64,000 nt of DNA from Wickerhamiella versatilis (GCA_030867685.1 JAQOWU010000007.1:1674001-1738000); one strand, 5' to 3'. Numbered from the stretch's first letter, positions 1 to 11,400 are shown. Notes: a model not told the origin generated them from the sequence alone. Numbers and translations: made by a program.

Positions 1-606
1 GAGCCAAGAGGTCTGCACAAGTACGACCGTGATGAGGCCGCGATGGAAATGGGAAAAATGGCATTCCGTCTATCAGTATATCCTCCGCTTTTGATTAGGC
101 TCGCTACACGTGGTATTCCTCGCACGTCTTCGATGCTACCTGTGCTACGTGAATATCTTTTTACCTTCCTAATGAATGACTTCCGTGCATATCTTGAGTT
201 AATTGTACGCTGGCTTAACGATGAATGGGCTGCTGAAGGCCTTTCGGGAAATGACGATCATTCGGCCTATAATGAACTGGTTGAGAGAATAGTAGATGAG
301 CTATTGCCTAAGCTTGATGCAGGAGACTCTCGCATGTTTATACGTCTTCTCTCCGAGTTACCGGAGTTGTCGAGGTCTGTGATTTTCAAGTTGCGTAGTA
401 TTTGCACAGATCCTGAACGCCGAATGTTAGGATCGCGCGCTCTAAAGTTCTTAATTATGTTCAAGCCGCCAGTTCGCGAAGACTGTCTAGACCTTGTTGA
501 GGAACTTGTCAAAGGTGGAATGGAGTCGCTAAGATCGACATTAGAAAAATATCGCCCACCAACCCCCGCAGAAAGTACGGATGATGACCCGTATGAACTT
601 GAATAA
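1..606 (+). CDS. PTA1: Pta1/symplekin-family mRNA cleavage and polyadenylation scaffold, 3' part (5' end outside window)
   Basis: Frame is open from base 1. LIRLATRG...LREYL...DF...WLNDEW and FIRLLSELPEL...LCxDPER...LKFLIMFKPPVREDCL resemble the fungal Pta1 C-terminal region. Confidence 0.8.
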   Translation, partial: EPRGLHKYDRDEAAMEMGKMAFRLSVYPPLLIRLATRGIPRTSSMLPVLREYLFTFLMNDFRAYLELIVRWLNDEWAAEGLSGNDDHSAYNELVERIVDELLPKLDAGDSRMFIRLLSELPELSRSVIFKLRSICTDPERRMLGSRALKFLIMFKPPVREDCLDLVEELVKGGMESLRSTLEKYRPPTPAESTDDDPYELE

Positions 607-735
607 TTTGAAGTATATAGAGTAAGTGTGGATGGACTAAAAAAAAGGTATGCTATTTTATTTAAGAATAAACTACATTATCATGTTAATAGCAAGTTAG
701 CATATATGATAGCGATTCACGTAATATGTAATATT

Positions 736-2133
736 CTAGTTCTCTTTAGGAAAATCTCTATCTCGCCAGAGAGATTCTTGATCAGCTGATAAGCGTACGT
801 GATTCTCCAGCCATTCAGCCGTCTCTCTATGCAAAGCACCGAGTAAAGTAGGTGCATCCTTCTCCATTCTCTTTTTGCCAAAAACAACGGATGTTTCAGG
901 GCTTATGCGCTTCCAGTAAAGCCATTGGCGGCCTCTTCGCATAACTCGATTAACCTCCTCTTTAGGGGAGGAAATAAGCACGGGAACCAATATCTCGTGA
1001 AGGGCACAGTCCTCTTCCGATAGAGGAGAATCAAAAGTAGAAGTTATAGTACAGTCACTGTGGTCAATGAAGATATATGAAAATCGGGGCACCGGGGAGG
1101 GGGCAAAATTTGCGCCACCGAGAATAGATTCAAGACGATCACACTGACGGCCAACATGTTTGTTTTTTTTAAAGGGCTCGTCATAAAAGAGAACGAAAAT
1201 ATGGTCGTTTTTCCGATACAATAGAATATAATTTACATTCATCATCTCATCGTAAAAAGGCTTCTCAGGATTACCCAAAAAGGTAGCAGCTGGCGGCTTC
1301 TCTGTCTGCTTGTCTGAATGGAACGTTAAAGAGGGCATCCAGGAAGAATTAAAAGAGACAGTCGGAAGATTATCGTACCACCCCAGTTCTGGCACCCACG
1401 ATTCGGACTTTCGATTCTCAAACTCTCCCTTCAAATGACGTACAAAGCCTAAATTTTCACTGTATGAAGCGTCCTGGCCCGTAAGTGCACATTCGAACAG
1501 CCAATACTGTGTGTCCACACGAAGACTCAAAGGTGAGATTGACCCCGGCCATATAGCTGCGGCATCGCTAGTTGTAACAACCATAAGATCCTTGGCTCCC
1601 ATTTCTTCTCTAATTCTATCCGCTTCTTGCAATGCAATTGGGTTAACCCGGCCAGGTTCCAGCCTGATATAAGGTAAAGCAGCCGCAGCTCCCAAGTCAT
1701 GCCATTGCGGCCAATGTGTGCAAAACGCAGTCCACCATGCTCTAATAATGGCTTTACCTTCCTCAGATTTGGTCATACTATCGAGAGATCCATGGTGAAA
1801 TCGCCATTGACGATAGGCATCACGCACAACAGACCGCATAGATTCTGGGGAACACTTGGGTGACGGTATTGTGCAGGTCAACCAAAACCCTTCCCGCCAA
1901 TCGGCATTGCTAGGTGCCTCTAAACGTTGAACGAGAATCAAAGAGCTCTTAGTCTCCAAGTATGTTACTGGGTGTTTATCGAAAGAGTATGCAAATTCAG
2001 CGACACCCTGTGCTATTCCAATAGCTCTGACAAAATGAGATATTTCTTCACAGCCATATGTAAATACCAATTGCTCGTCTATCCGCTCCTCATTGCCCCA
2101 ACTAGGATTATAGATGCAGGCCGTGGAGACCAT
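736..2133 (-). CDS. CCZ1: Vacuolar fusion protein Ccz1 (Mon1-Ccz1 Ypt7 GEF subunit), divergent
   Basis: N-terminal longin motif IYNPSWG.EE...EQLVF.Y...RAIGIAQG...FAYSF, and AYRQWRFHHGS, as in fungal Ccz1. Confidence 0.75.
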   Translation of the reverse strand: MVSTACIYNPSWGNEERIDEQLVFTYGCEEISHFVRAIGIAQGVAEFAYSFDKHPVTYLETKSSLILVQRLEAPSNADWREGFWLTCTIPSPKCSPESMRSVVRDAYRQWRFHHGSLDSMTKSEEGKAIIRAWWTAFCTHWPQWHDLGAAAALPYIRLEPGRVNPIALQEADRIREEMGAKDLMVVTTSDAAAIWPGSISPLSLRVDTQYWLFECALTGQDASYSENLGFVRHLKGEFENRKSESWVPELGWYDNLPTVSFNSSWMPSLTFHSDKQTEKPPAATFLGNPEKPFYDEMMNVNYILLYRKNDHIFVLFYDEPFKKNKHVGRQCDRLESILGGANFAPSPVPRFSYIFIDHSDCTITSTFDSPLSEEDCALHEILVPVLISSPKEEVNRVMRRGRQWLYWKRISPETSVVFGKKRMEKDAPTLLGALHRETAEWLENHVRLSADQESLWRDRDFPKEN

Positions 2134-2250
2134 GCGCCTTCAGGGAAGGAAGGACTGGATTGTGTGTGTGTAAGCCGTTATTGTTATTTACTCGGGGTCA
2201 TTCTGTCGTTACCACTTCAAACCTATCGGCTCTTAATTAATTAAATTTTC

Positions 2251-3426
2251 CTAGGAAGAACGCAGGAATGAACCTATGATATTCATAACTGTACGGCTAG
2301 GCACGAACCCTGCATTTGCTCCAATAGTGACCAATCTTCGATCGACCTCCTCTTTACATACATATTGTTTTGGTATTTCATAACGTCGTCCATAAGCATC
2401 AAAATATCGGCAATCTAGCATTAACACCACTGCCACAGCTAACTCAAGATCGCCAGCAATTTCTCGAATATGTGAATTTTCAAACTGTGTGCAAATGGTA
2501 GATAGGTGCGATGCTAAAAGTTTTGCCCCCTTTTTACCAGATGGAAGATGGGTGATGTCGACAGACTGAGAGCTCGAGAATTCATTGCTTGCAGCTAGCG
2601 ATTCCGTGAGCTGCAGAATAATTTTACACCTGGTTTCAGAATTTTCTAACCCATTTAGCCTTTCCTGAAGGACCGTGTCACTAACGAGCTCTCGCAATTC
2701 CACTCGACTCCACAGCAATTCGGGCGTGAGAGAACCAGACCACATCTCGTGATCATCCGCAGCACCCTGGACATAAAAGAATCCCTTAGGGGTGATTTGT
2801 CCGTCACTCATTTTTTTTGAGACAGTACACAAAACCACTGGCATGAAACTGGTGAACTCAGGTGTTTCAGCAGGCAAGCAAGCATCCGGGGTTACCCATA
2901 ATGGACGCAGAGGTTTGGATAAAGGCTTGATGTTGGGCACCAAATCCCGAAGCTTTACCACCCACTCATCCAAATGCTGCGAAATTTGATCCTTCTCACT
3001 GAATGAAACTACCTGAGGAGGTACAAATACATCACCGTAATCATCAAATCCCCAATAACGATTGAGAACTGCACACCAGATGGGAACCGTCTTTGAAAAT
3101 GCATCCGGCATCCGCTTGCCTCTTCGAGTAGAGTCAATCATTACAATACCATTATGTTGCTCTATCAATGGGAGTAAATGAAGATTAAGCCTGCGGCAAC
3201 TAAAATTCCATTGTCCCATGTGGCCATCCGTACTCTTAAAATAAGCATCGGAAACTCTGTGTCCTGGTGGCACATACCAAACACCACAGCGTTTATTAGG
3301 AATTAAAGGTAATCCATATGCCTCTTCCACAGCAAGCGCAAACTCTGCGTCTTCGATAATACTTTGTATCCTATTTACTGGCGATCTTGATGCCTTCCCT
3401 AATTCTCGAGCACCAACATTAGTCAT
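2251..3426 (-). CDS. RIT1: Initiator tRNA position-64 2'-O-ribosylphosphate transferase
   Basis: NRIQSI.ED, PNKRCGVWY, AYFKSTDGHMGQWNFSCRRLNLHL, DSTRRGKRMPDAFSKTVPIWCAVLN, YVQGAADDHE. Start set at ATG 3426 (MTNVG), just before the conserved region. Confidence 0.93.
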   Translation of the reverse strand: MTNVGARELGKASRSPVNRIQSIIEDAEFALAVEEAYGLPLIPNKRCGVWYVPPGHRVSDAYFKSTDGHMGQWNFSCRRLNLHLLPLIEQHNGIVMIDSTRRGKRMPDAFSKTVPIWCAVLNRYWGFDDYGDVFVPPQVVSFSEKDQISQHLDEWVVKLRDLVPNIKPLSKPLRPLWVTPDACLPAETPEFTSFMPVVLCTVSKKMSDGQITPKGFFYVQGAADDHEMWSGSLTPELLWSRVELRELVSDTVLQERLNGLENSETRCKIILQLTESLAASNEFSSSQSVDITHLPSGKKGAKLLASHLSTICTQFENSHIREIAGDLELAVAVVLMLDCRYFDAYGRRYEIPKQYVCKEEVDRRLVTIGANAGFVPSRTVMNIIGSFLRSS

Positions 3427-3443
3427 CCAGCGAGTGGTTCGCC

Positions 3444-4532
3444 ATGGGTCGACGACAAGAGTACATTGCTCGTGTACGGTACCATAACCAGCTACCGCCT
3501 CCACCATGTGCACCAAAGGCACTTAAATATGGCAATGATATCTCACATTTGCTTACCGCAGCCAGCCTCAGCTCCGTTGTCTTTCGATCTGAGCTCCAGC
3601 CAGAACCGGATATGGACCTCGGTGTACCTCTCGACCTCACAGTGATACCAGAGGCGTGGGAAACGAATGAAGGCGGATACCGACCGGAAGCTCCCGAGGA
3701 ATTAGAACCAGAAGATGAGGAGCTAATGGTCGAGCCCAACGCTGGTGCCAAAGCAAGTTCCACAGTAGCCGCATCAAAGGCATTCCTAAACAAAAAGGCC
3801 ATACATATGGGACCTAGTCTTGCAGCCCCCAGCGCGTCTGCGAAAGCAAAACTTCCAACTGATAATGCTGTATTTGACTCCGAAGCTGCTCTACGTAAGA
3901 TAGAGCAAACATTTGATGATGCACACGTTCCACTGGGTGAGCTAAAGCACCCTAAGAATCCAAAGGCCAAGGCTGTGAAGGCCTTGCCGGTATTCCCTGA
4001 TATTCAGCAGTTCGACTTGACGCACCTCAATGTACGGCTCGTTGGTAGTGCAAGCCTGCGGAATCTACCCCAGCCAATACCACGGGATAGCCTAGAGGCC
4101 TCGCTTTTCCAGCATGCACAACGAGGCGAGAATGAGTGGATGGGATTCTTTGTGCCAAATTCGGGAGAAGAGGCAGAGCGACTGCGCAAAAGACTTACCG
4201 ACACCCGTGATACATTGCCTGCACAGGATCAGGAAGCGGAAGAGGCAGAAATCTTCGAGCTGCATAAAATTCAAGATAATGAAATCGATTTTGCGTTGCA
4301 CAAGGCTGACTTGGAGGAGATATCAATCAGTATTGACGATGAGGCGGCCTATTACATTCCTATTGCAGGCCGTACGAATTTAAAGAGGAGAAGAGTTGAC
4401 CCAGCGCTCAAGGACATTCTGAGGAGTGCCGAAGTTGACAGAATAGACCTAAGCTTACGGGAATCGAATCCGGAAGAGTCAATTGAGCGAGACAAGGCAA
4501 GATCACGATACGACCCTGTTACATATGGCTAA
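3444..4532 (+). CDS. PAF1: RNA polymerase II-associated factor Paf1
   Basis: RQEYIARVRYHNQLPPPPCAPK N-terminus, DLGVPLDL, IEQTF...LKHP, AYYIPI...LKRRR. Confidence 0.93.
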   Translation: MGRRQEYIARVRYHNQLPPPPCAPKALKYGNDISHLLTAASLSSVVFRSELQPEPDMDLGVPLDLTVIPEAWETNEGGYRPEAPEELEPEDEELMVEPNAGAKASSTVAASKAFLNKKAIHMGPSLAAPSASAKAKLPTDNAVFDSEAALRKIEQTFDDAHVPLGELKHPKNPKAKAVKALPVFPDIQQFDLTHLNVRLVGSASLRNLPQPIPRDSLEASLFQHAQRGENEWMGFFVPNSGEEAERLRKRLTDTRDTLPAQDQEAEEAEIFELHKIQDNEIDFALHKADLEEISISIDDEAAYYIPIAGRTNLKRRRVDPALKDILRSAEVDRIDLSLRESNPEESIERDKARSRYDPVTYG

Positions 4533-4678
4533 TGAAATATTATACACCTCATTCTATCCTCGGTAATTTTGACAAAATAGTTTATCGTTGATGTTACCCT
4601 TACCCTATGTAATTCCGGCTAAGTAAACAAGAGACTTCAACCCCTTTCTTCTAGTTAACCATCGCAGTGGGGAGAACA

Positions 4679-5554
4679 ATGGAAACATCTCTCTTGCAAG
4701 AACTACGACATTATTTAATGGAGACGCATCTGCCTTCTGGTAACTGTTCGGATCCCTACTGTGCAGGAACACGGTCGGATCTCGCTCTGGCTGCTAAGGT
4801 AGGCCAGTCCCTCCTCACACAACTAATGCAAGCGGAAGAACGATTCAAGAAGGCAGAGCATGGACATGAGAAGGAGCTGTCGCTTTTGCGGCATGCGAAT
4901 TACCGGCTCACCCTAGAGAATGAAAATTTGGAAGCCGAACAGCAGCATCTTTATCTTACACTTCAAAACCATGACGATGAAATCAAAGAGCTGAATGAGG
5001 AGCTTCGCCAAGCCAAACGAGATGCTTCCCGATTTAGACGGGCACTTGACTCGGCGCGATCATTGGAAGAGCAGGTAACTCTACTTGAGAAAATGCAAGA
5101 AGCAACCCAACGAGAGCTTGATAATAATCTGGTTGCAACTAGGCTGCCTAGCTCTAGGGTGACTGAATTGGCGGCAGAATCCATAGCGAGCAGGGTCCAC
5201 AGAATGGCTGCAGACCTGGGTCCCCCTTCCGGCTCCGATCCCGACGAAACGCTGGTAGAGGATTCAAGCTTCACAATATCGTCACCAATATATTCAAAGC
5301 CAAAACTTCAACGATCAATGTCTCATGAAAGCGTGCTTGCACCAATGGCCGAGGATATCACCCGTGATACGTCGATACAGAGACCACAGACTTCTAAGGC
5401 TGTCGCTGGACTCAGTGGACATAGTGCGACCGCAAAACCCCTCTCAAAATACCCAATTAATGCTCGTGACCATCTATTGTCTAATGTAAAGGGCCAACCG
5501 CATGCAGATAAATGGTCTTTCGTTCCATTTCGTCGTTCAGCACGAATGGTGTAA
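4679..5554 (+). CDS. Uncharacterised coiled-coil protein with CC1-box-like motif (DLALAAKVGQSLL)
   Basis: 291-aa ORF from ATG 4679: heptad-rich E/Q/L/R segment of about 115 aa, then an S/P-rich tail containing RSMSHES. Confidence 0.7.
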   Translation: METSLLQELRHYLMETHLPSGNCSDPYCAGTRSDLALAAKVGQSLLTQLMQAEERFKKAEHGHEKELSLLRHANYRLTLENENLEAEQQHLYLTLQNHDDEIKELNEELRQAKRDASRFRRALDSARSLEEQVTLLEKMQEATQRELDNNLVATRLPSSRVTELAAESIASRVHRMAADLGPPSGSDPDETLVEDSSFTISSPIYSKPKLQRSMSHESVLAPMAEDITRDTSIQRPQTSKAVAGLSGHSATAKPLSKYPINARDHLLSNVKGQPHADKWSFVPFRRSARMV

Positions 5555-5678
5555 TGTTCCCTGGTACCGTAGTCTCTACCCAATGGGTTTATCAAAAATA
5601 ATACCAAATCTCTACAGTAGATCCTAAATTAAATATTGTCTTAAAATACTGATACCAATATCAAATGAAGAGCTGAGT

Positions 5679-7871
5679 TTAGTTATCCCAATTCCTTCGG
5701 AAAATATTACCCCTAACATGTGAAGTCTTCACAACAGGTCTCGGAGGTTTGAGTTGAGGCATCACACGCCTCGGTCGGGATTCTACTGGCTGGCGTGGTC
5801 TACTTGTTGATTTCAGGATTTGGACAGTTTTTGGTCCAGAGGGTGCGAGCTCCGACTGAATTCGCGCGACAGACCTACGAGGAATATTAGGTACTTCTGG
5901 GGGTGGTGCAGCTTTAAGAGACGGGAGTGGCCTAGCTCTTGGCAATACAACGCTCTCTTCCATAGAAAGTGGGCTATCATCTGTAGTTGACATATGATCA
6001 GCCGGCTCTATAAATTTAAGAGATTCATGAATGCTGGCAACGTCCACTGCCTTTGAAACAGCAGCCTTTGGCTTTTTCACAAAGCTGCCTGTGCAGCTCT
6101 CAAAGAATGCACGATTTTTCGGGTTGGCGCTTATTCTTGTCGGTTTGATGAAACTCCTGTCGTTATCTTTCTTCAGAGAATGGACTTCATGCTTTCTCTT
6201 TCGAGATTCTTGTTGAACATAATCGACAAGATGTTCTACAGCACTTTCACTGAGTTGCTTCGCCGGCTTGTCATTATCACTGGGAGGGTTAATATTATCG
6301 TTAACTCCACCAACCTCAGTAGCGTCACCTACCCCATCTCCAGGAGATTTTGGAGACTGCGCTTCGTCCTCCTCGCTTTCGTCCGAATCACTTGAATCAT
6401 CTAGTACCATTCTCTTCTTGCTGGGGGAAGATCCCTTGGCTTGTGAACCAACATTAACTTGAGTGGGTGGGGTTTGTTCGTTCTCCGACTCATTTATATC
6501 TTCTGACCGATCCTTCTCACGTTCCTGCCTGATAAGGAAGAGCCTTCTAACCTCTGCAAGTTCCTGGGATCCTGTAAGACCCATCTCCTTGATTTTGTTC
6601 AAGTCTTCCTGAGTTTCATCGCAGTGTCTCCTTGAGTGCGACTGCTCTTGTGATTGCTCTTGTGACTTCCCTTCTTTTGAAGGAGTGGGTTGCGTTGGTG
6701 TCTCTAACTCCAAGTCTTTTTCCTGAGAAGAGTCCTGGAAGATAGGAGGCGGTTGGTCCTTATCTGCATCGGCATTGGCGTCTGCTCCTGCTACTGCTCC
6801 TGCCTCCGCATTGTGACTGTGGGGCAATGTATCCGGTTCAGAAACATCCGGTACATATTTGTCTGCTTCAGATCTAGCCAAATCAGTGGTAACCTGGCGC
6901 TCATGTTCAAGCAGCGATTTCATATTACGAGGGGGGTTCGGTGGCTGTAAATTTAGCTCCCGCCTTGCCCTCGACTGATCTCTCTGCTTTGACAATAATT
7001 GGCTCGTTAGATCACCAACATTCATAGGCATTTCATTTTGTTGCCCAAGAATAACTTGATCACGCTGAGCAACATTCATACGGGAGGCCTCTGTCGATGG
7101 AACAATCTCTAGGTCATCACCACTAGAATCCGAATCACTTTCTAAACCTTCGGCCATCGATCTGGGAGGAGAACTAGCGACGTAACTCGTCAAATGCTGC
7201 CATTGGGGTAATCGAGGAGTAATAGGTTTGGCCTTTTTAGGCGTTGGTGGAGGTGTCCTTTGGCCGAGAAGGGATGCAAATCCTGAAACTGTTGCTTCAG
7301 CGACTGTGTGTCGCGACACATGTACACCAATTTCTCGCTCTAGCCTATGGTTGACACGTTCGATATCTTCATTTGCCTTATGAGATTCGTAGGAAGTCGG
7401 TCTTTCAGTTACTTCTTCTGGTCGGTCAATGCCAGCATCCGCATACACCCTATCACGTTCATTTAAAGGGGCTTCCAAGTGGTCCGATTCGGCATCTGAA
7501 AGCCATAGACCTGCATCATTTGCACTTGGCGCACTCTCAGACTGCTTAGGCCTAGTTGCTTTGGGACCAGGAATGAGTTTCTCCCCATGGCCAACAGCTT
7601 CACCGTAAGAATCATCAGAGCCCTTCTTCCCCGGGCCATGGCTCAAAAAATCATCATTATTTTCATCAATTAAGTCGTCAATATCCTCCTCTTCATCCGC
7701 ATCTTCATCTTCGTTTCCCTGGTTTTCATTTAATGGACCTGCGACTTGGCTTTGAGTTACTCTCCGTTGTATAAACTCATCATAATCGAAGTCCTCCTCA
7801 TCCAAATTTTCATCATCCTCATCAAGTTGTTTCAATAAATCATCCAGTCTACCAAAATTAGCCAAAGTCAT
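5679..7871 (-). CDS. MRC1: Probable replication checkpoint mediator Mrc1/Claspin-like
   Basis: Acidic, disordered 730 aa with clustered SQ/TQ sites; NPKNRAFFES resembles the Mrc1 C-terminal motif; MCB/SCB boxes lie immediately upstream. Confidence 0.6.
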   Translation of the reverse strand: MTLANFGRLDDLLKQLDEDDENLDEEDFDYDEFIQRRVTQSQVAGPLNENQGNEDEDADEEEDIDDLIDENNDDFLSHGPGKKGSDDSYGEAVGHGEKLIPGPKATRPKQSESAPSANDAGLWLSDAESDHLEAPLNERDRVYADAGIDRPEEVTERPTSYESHKANEDIERVNHRLEREIGVHVSRHTVAEATVSGFASLLGQRTPPPTPKKAKPITPRLPQWQHLTSYVASSPPRSMAEGLESDSDSSGDDLEIVPSTEASRMNVAQRDQVILGQQNEMPMNVGDLTSQLLSKQRDQSRARRELNLQPPNPPRNMKSLLEHERQVTTDLARSEADKYVPDVSEPDTLPHSHNAEAGAVAGADANADADKDQPPPIFQDSSQEKDLELETPTQPTPSKEGKSQEQSQEQSHSRRHCDETQEDLNKIKEMGLTGSQELAEVRRLFLIRQEREKDRSEDINESENEQTPPTQVNVGSQAKGSSPSKKRMVLDDSSDSDESEEDEAQSPKSPGDGVGDATEVGGVNDNINPPSDNDKPAKQLSESAVEHLVDYVQQESRKRKHEVHSLKKDNDRSFIKPTRISANPKNRAFFESCTGSFVKKPKAAVSKAVDVASIHESLKFIEPADHMSTTDDSPLSMEESVVLPRARPLPSLKAAPPPEVPNIPRRSVARIQSELAPSGPKTVQILKSTSRPRQPVESRPRRVMPQLKPPRPVVKTSHVRGNIFRRNWDN

Positions 7872-7902
7872 CGCGAAATTATACCAATGTCACGCGACGC
7901 GT
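7872..7902. promoter_or_regulatory. G1/S elements: CGCGAAA (7872-7878) and overlapping MCB sites ACGCGACGCGT (7892-7902)
   Basis: Exact SCB-like and MCB (ACGCGT) words within 31 bp of the MRC1-like ATG. MRC1 is an established MBF target in yeasts. Confidence 0.7.
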
Positions 7903-8435
7903 TCAAACTAATGATTAATAATACTGTAAAGGTACTTCCACCAGACATACAATTTCACTAATCTCTGGATCGCAAGGAGCCAGCCTACTTTGATTCATAC
8001 TGTAAGATCTATCACAGGATGTCTGATGGTATGATCATGAGCTCTCTTCGAAAAATTAAACGAAAAAGAATACAGGCGGAACCGCATCTAAAACAACTAT
8101 CTGAAGGATAAACTACTAGCATATTGAGTCACATCAAGTAAAGCTAGTAAATTATTCCCACTGTGAGCTTTTCCAACAGTAAAAGACTTGATCGTTACGC
8201 CAGGAAAGTGTCTAAAGATTTCTAGACCCCCAGCACTTATATGAACAGCATAGTCAAAGTGATCAAACACTCCTGAAATATAACTTTGAAATTGCTAGCC
8301 ACCTAAGGTACCTTTAATTCCAGTTTGAAAACTCTCCACAACTACGAGGAAACCTAACCACGTTGAGTCATCATATCTTCAAGTGGCGACAACTATAAGC
8401 GATATTTGTCAGCAGACTTTCGAGACGCCTAGGCA

Positions 8436-11400
8436 ATGTCGGGCGCTCAGTTTCCGTACTCCTCGGCTCCGCTAAGGGCGGTAAAGGAGGTTCAGTTCGG
8501 TCTCCTGAGCCCCGACGAGATTAAGGCACTGAGCGTTGCAAGGATCGAGTACCCTGAGACCATGGACGAAACGAAGATGCGTCCACGGATAGGGGGCCTC
8601 TCAGATCCGCGCCTCGGTTCTATTGATCGTAATTTCAAATGTCAAACATGTGGTGAGGGCATGGCAGACTGTCCCGGACATTTCGGGCATATAGAGCTTG
8701 CCAAGCCCGTTTTCCATATTGGCTTTGTTACCAAAATAAAAAAAATACTTGAGGCTGTTTGTGTGCATTGCGGCAAGCTCAAAGCTGATGAAAGTAACCC
8801 CGAATTTGCACAGGCCATTAAAATTCGCAACCCAAAGCGTAGGTTTGCAAAAGTTTGGGAAATATGTAAAAAGAAGATGGTATGCGAGGCCGACGTGTAT
8901 GGCGATGAAGGTACAAAGAAAACCGTACACGGAGGGTGTGGCAATGCCCAGCCGCTTATCCGTCGGGATGGGTTGCGTTTATTGGGTCAATGGAAGAAGG
9001 ACAAGTCTCGTGGTGATCAGCCCGAAAAACGATACCTTACACCTTCAGAAATCCTGAATGTGTTCAAACACATAAGTGACAAGGACATTACAAACCTTGG
9101 GCTCGATGTAGACTTTGCACGGCCAGAATGGCTTCTCGTGACGGTCCTGCCGGTTCCACCTCCACCTGTTCGTCCAAGTATTGCCATGAATGAGACGGCT
9201 CGTGGCGAGGACGATTTGACCTACAAGCTTGCAGATATAATTAAGGCAAACGCCAATGTGCAACGTTGTGATACGGAAGGTGCACCAGCACATGTTGTGA
9301 ATGAATTTGAGATGTTGTTACAGTATCACGTTGCCACTTACATGGATAATAACATTGCTGGTCAACCACAAGCATTGCAGAAGTCGGGCCGCCCTGTGAA
9401 ATCTATTCGAGCAAGGTTGAAGGGCAAGGAGGGCCGTCTGCGTGGTAATCTCATGGGTAAACGAGTTAATTTCAGTGCCCGTACTGTCATTACAGGTGAC
9501 CCTAACATTGAGCTTGATCAGGTAGGTGTTCCCAAGTCTATTGCTCGCACTCTCACGTATCCAGAGGCGGTGACTCCATACAATATTCACCGACTTACCC
9601 GTTTTGTTCGAAACGGTCCAAATGAACATCCTGGTGCTAAATACATCATTAGGGACACTGGTGAGCGTATAGACCTGCGTTATCATAAGCGTATCGGTGA
9701 TATTGCGCTGCAATATGGCTGGAAGGTTGAGCGTCATTTAATGGATGATGATCCGGTTCTGTTCAATCGTCAACCCAGTCTGCACAAGATGAGTATGATG
9801 GCTCATCGTGTTAAAGTAATGCCTTATTCCACATTCCGGCTCAATCTTTCTGTGACGAGCCCTTATAATGCAGATTTCGATGGTGATGAGATGAACTTGC
9901 ACGTTCCTCAGTCAGAAGAAACTCGAGCTGAGTTGAGCCAGCTAGCAGCCGTGCCGTTGCAAATTGTCTCACCTCAGTCCAATAAGCCCGTAATGGGAAT
10001 TGTTCAAGACACCCTTTGTGGTATTCGTAAGTTGACTCTCCGAGACACCTTTTTAAACTACGAAATGGTTCAAAATATACTGTTCTGGATTCCAGAATGG
10101 GATGGTGTAGTCCCACCACCAGCAATCTTGAAACCTAAGCCACTATGGACGGGTAAGCAGATGGTGTCGATGACTATCCCTTCAGGTATTTTCATGCAGC
10201 GTTTTGATGACAGTAACCCTGTAACTTCGCCCAAAGACAATGGTATGCTTGTATACAAAGGCAGAGTAATGTATGGCGTTGTTGACAAGAAAACAGTGGG
10301 TTCATCAGCAGGGGGTCTCATTCATACGATTTTTAGGGAGAAGGGACCCTATGTTTGTGCCCAATTTGTTGGCAACATTCAGAAAGTTGTAAATTACTGG
10401 CTTCTTCACAATGGATTTTCTATTGGTATAGGCGATACTATTGCAGATGCTGGGACGGTAGCTAATGTAACCAACACTATCGCCGCTGCAAAAGAGAGGG
10501 TTGAGGACATTACAAAACGTGCCTATGCCAATAAGTTGAATCCAGAACCAGGAATGACATTGCGTGAGTCTTTCGAGCATGCTGTTATCTTGGAGTTGAA
10601 TGGAGCACGTGATACTTCGGGTAGAGAGGCTGAGAACTCACTACAAGACGGCAACAATGTTAAACAAATGGTAAGTGCTGGGTCCAAGGGCTCATTCATT
10701 AACATTTCGCAGATGTCAGCGTGCGTTGGACAGCAAATTGTAGAGGGTAAGCGTATTGGTTTTGGCTTTGCTGATAGAAGTCTCCCTCATTTCACACGTG
10801 ATGATTACAGTCCTGAATCGAAGGGATTTATCGAGAATTCGTACTTGCGTGGACTCAGTCCCCAGGAGTTCTTTTTCCATGCCATGGCTGGTCGTGAAGG
10901 TTTGATTGATACTGCAGTGAAGACTGCAGAGACAGGTTATATTCAAAGACGGCTTGTCAAGGCATTGGAAGATATTATGGTTCAGTATGATGGCTCTGCA
11001 CGTAACTCTCTGGGTGATATTGTTCAGTTTATTTATGGTGAAGATGGCCTGGACGGTGCTCAGGTTGAAAGACAGTCCCTCGATACTATTCCAGGGTCGA
11101 ATGATTCATTCGAGAAGCGTTATCGTGTTGATTTGCTCAATGGTGATAGATTGCGCATTGAGTCGATGGCTGATATTGTTGGTGATCTGGATGTACAGCG
11201 TCTGCTCGATGGAGAATGGCAAAGGCTGTGTGATGACAGACATATGTTAAGAACATTTGTCTTTACCAACGGAGATCACGACAAGCCGCTGCCTGTCAAC
11301 CTTCGCCGCGTTATCCAGAATGCTCAACAAATTTTCAACGTCGACCAGAATCATGTTTCAGACTTAACAGTTCCTGAAATTGTGGATGGTGTGCAACAGC

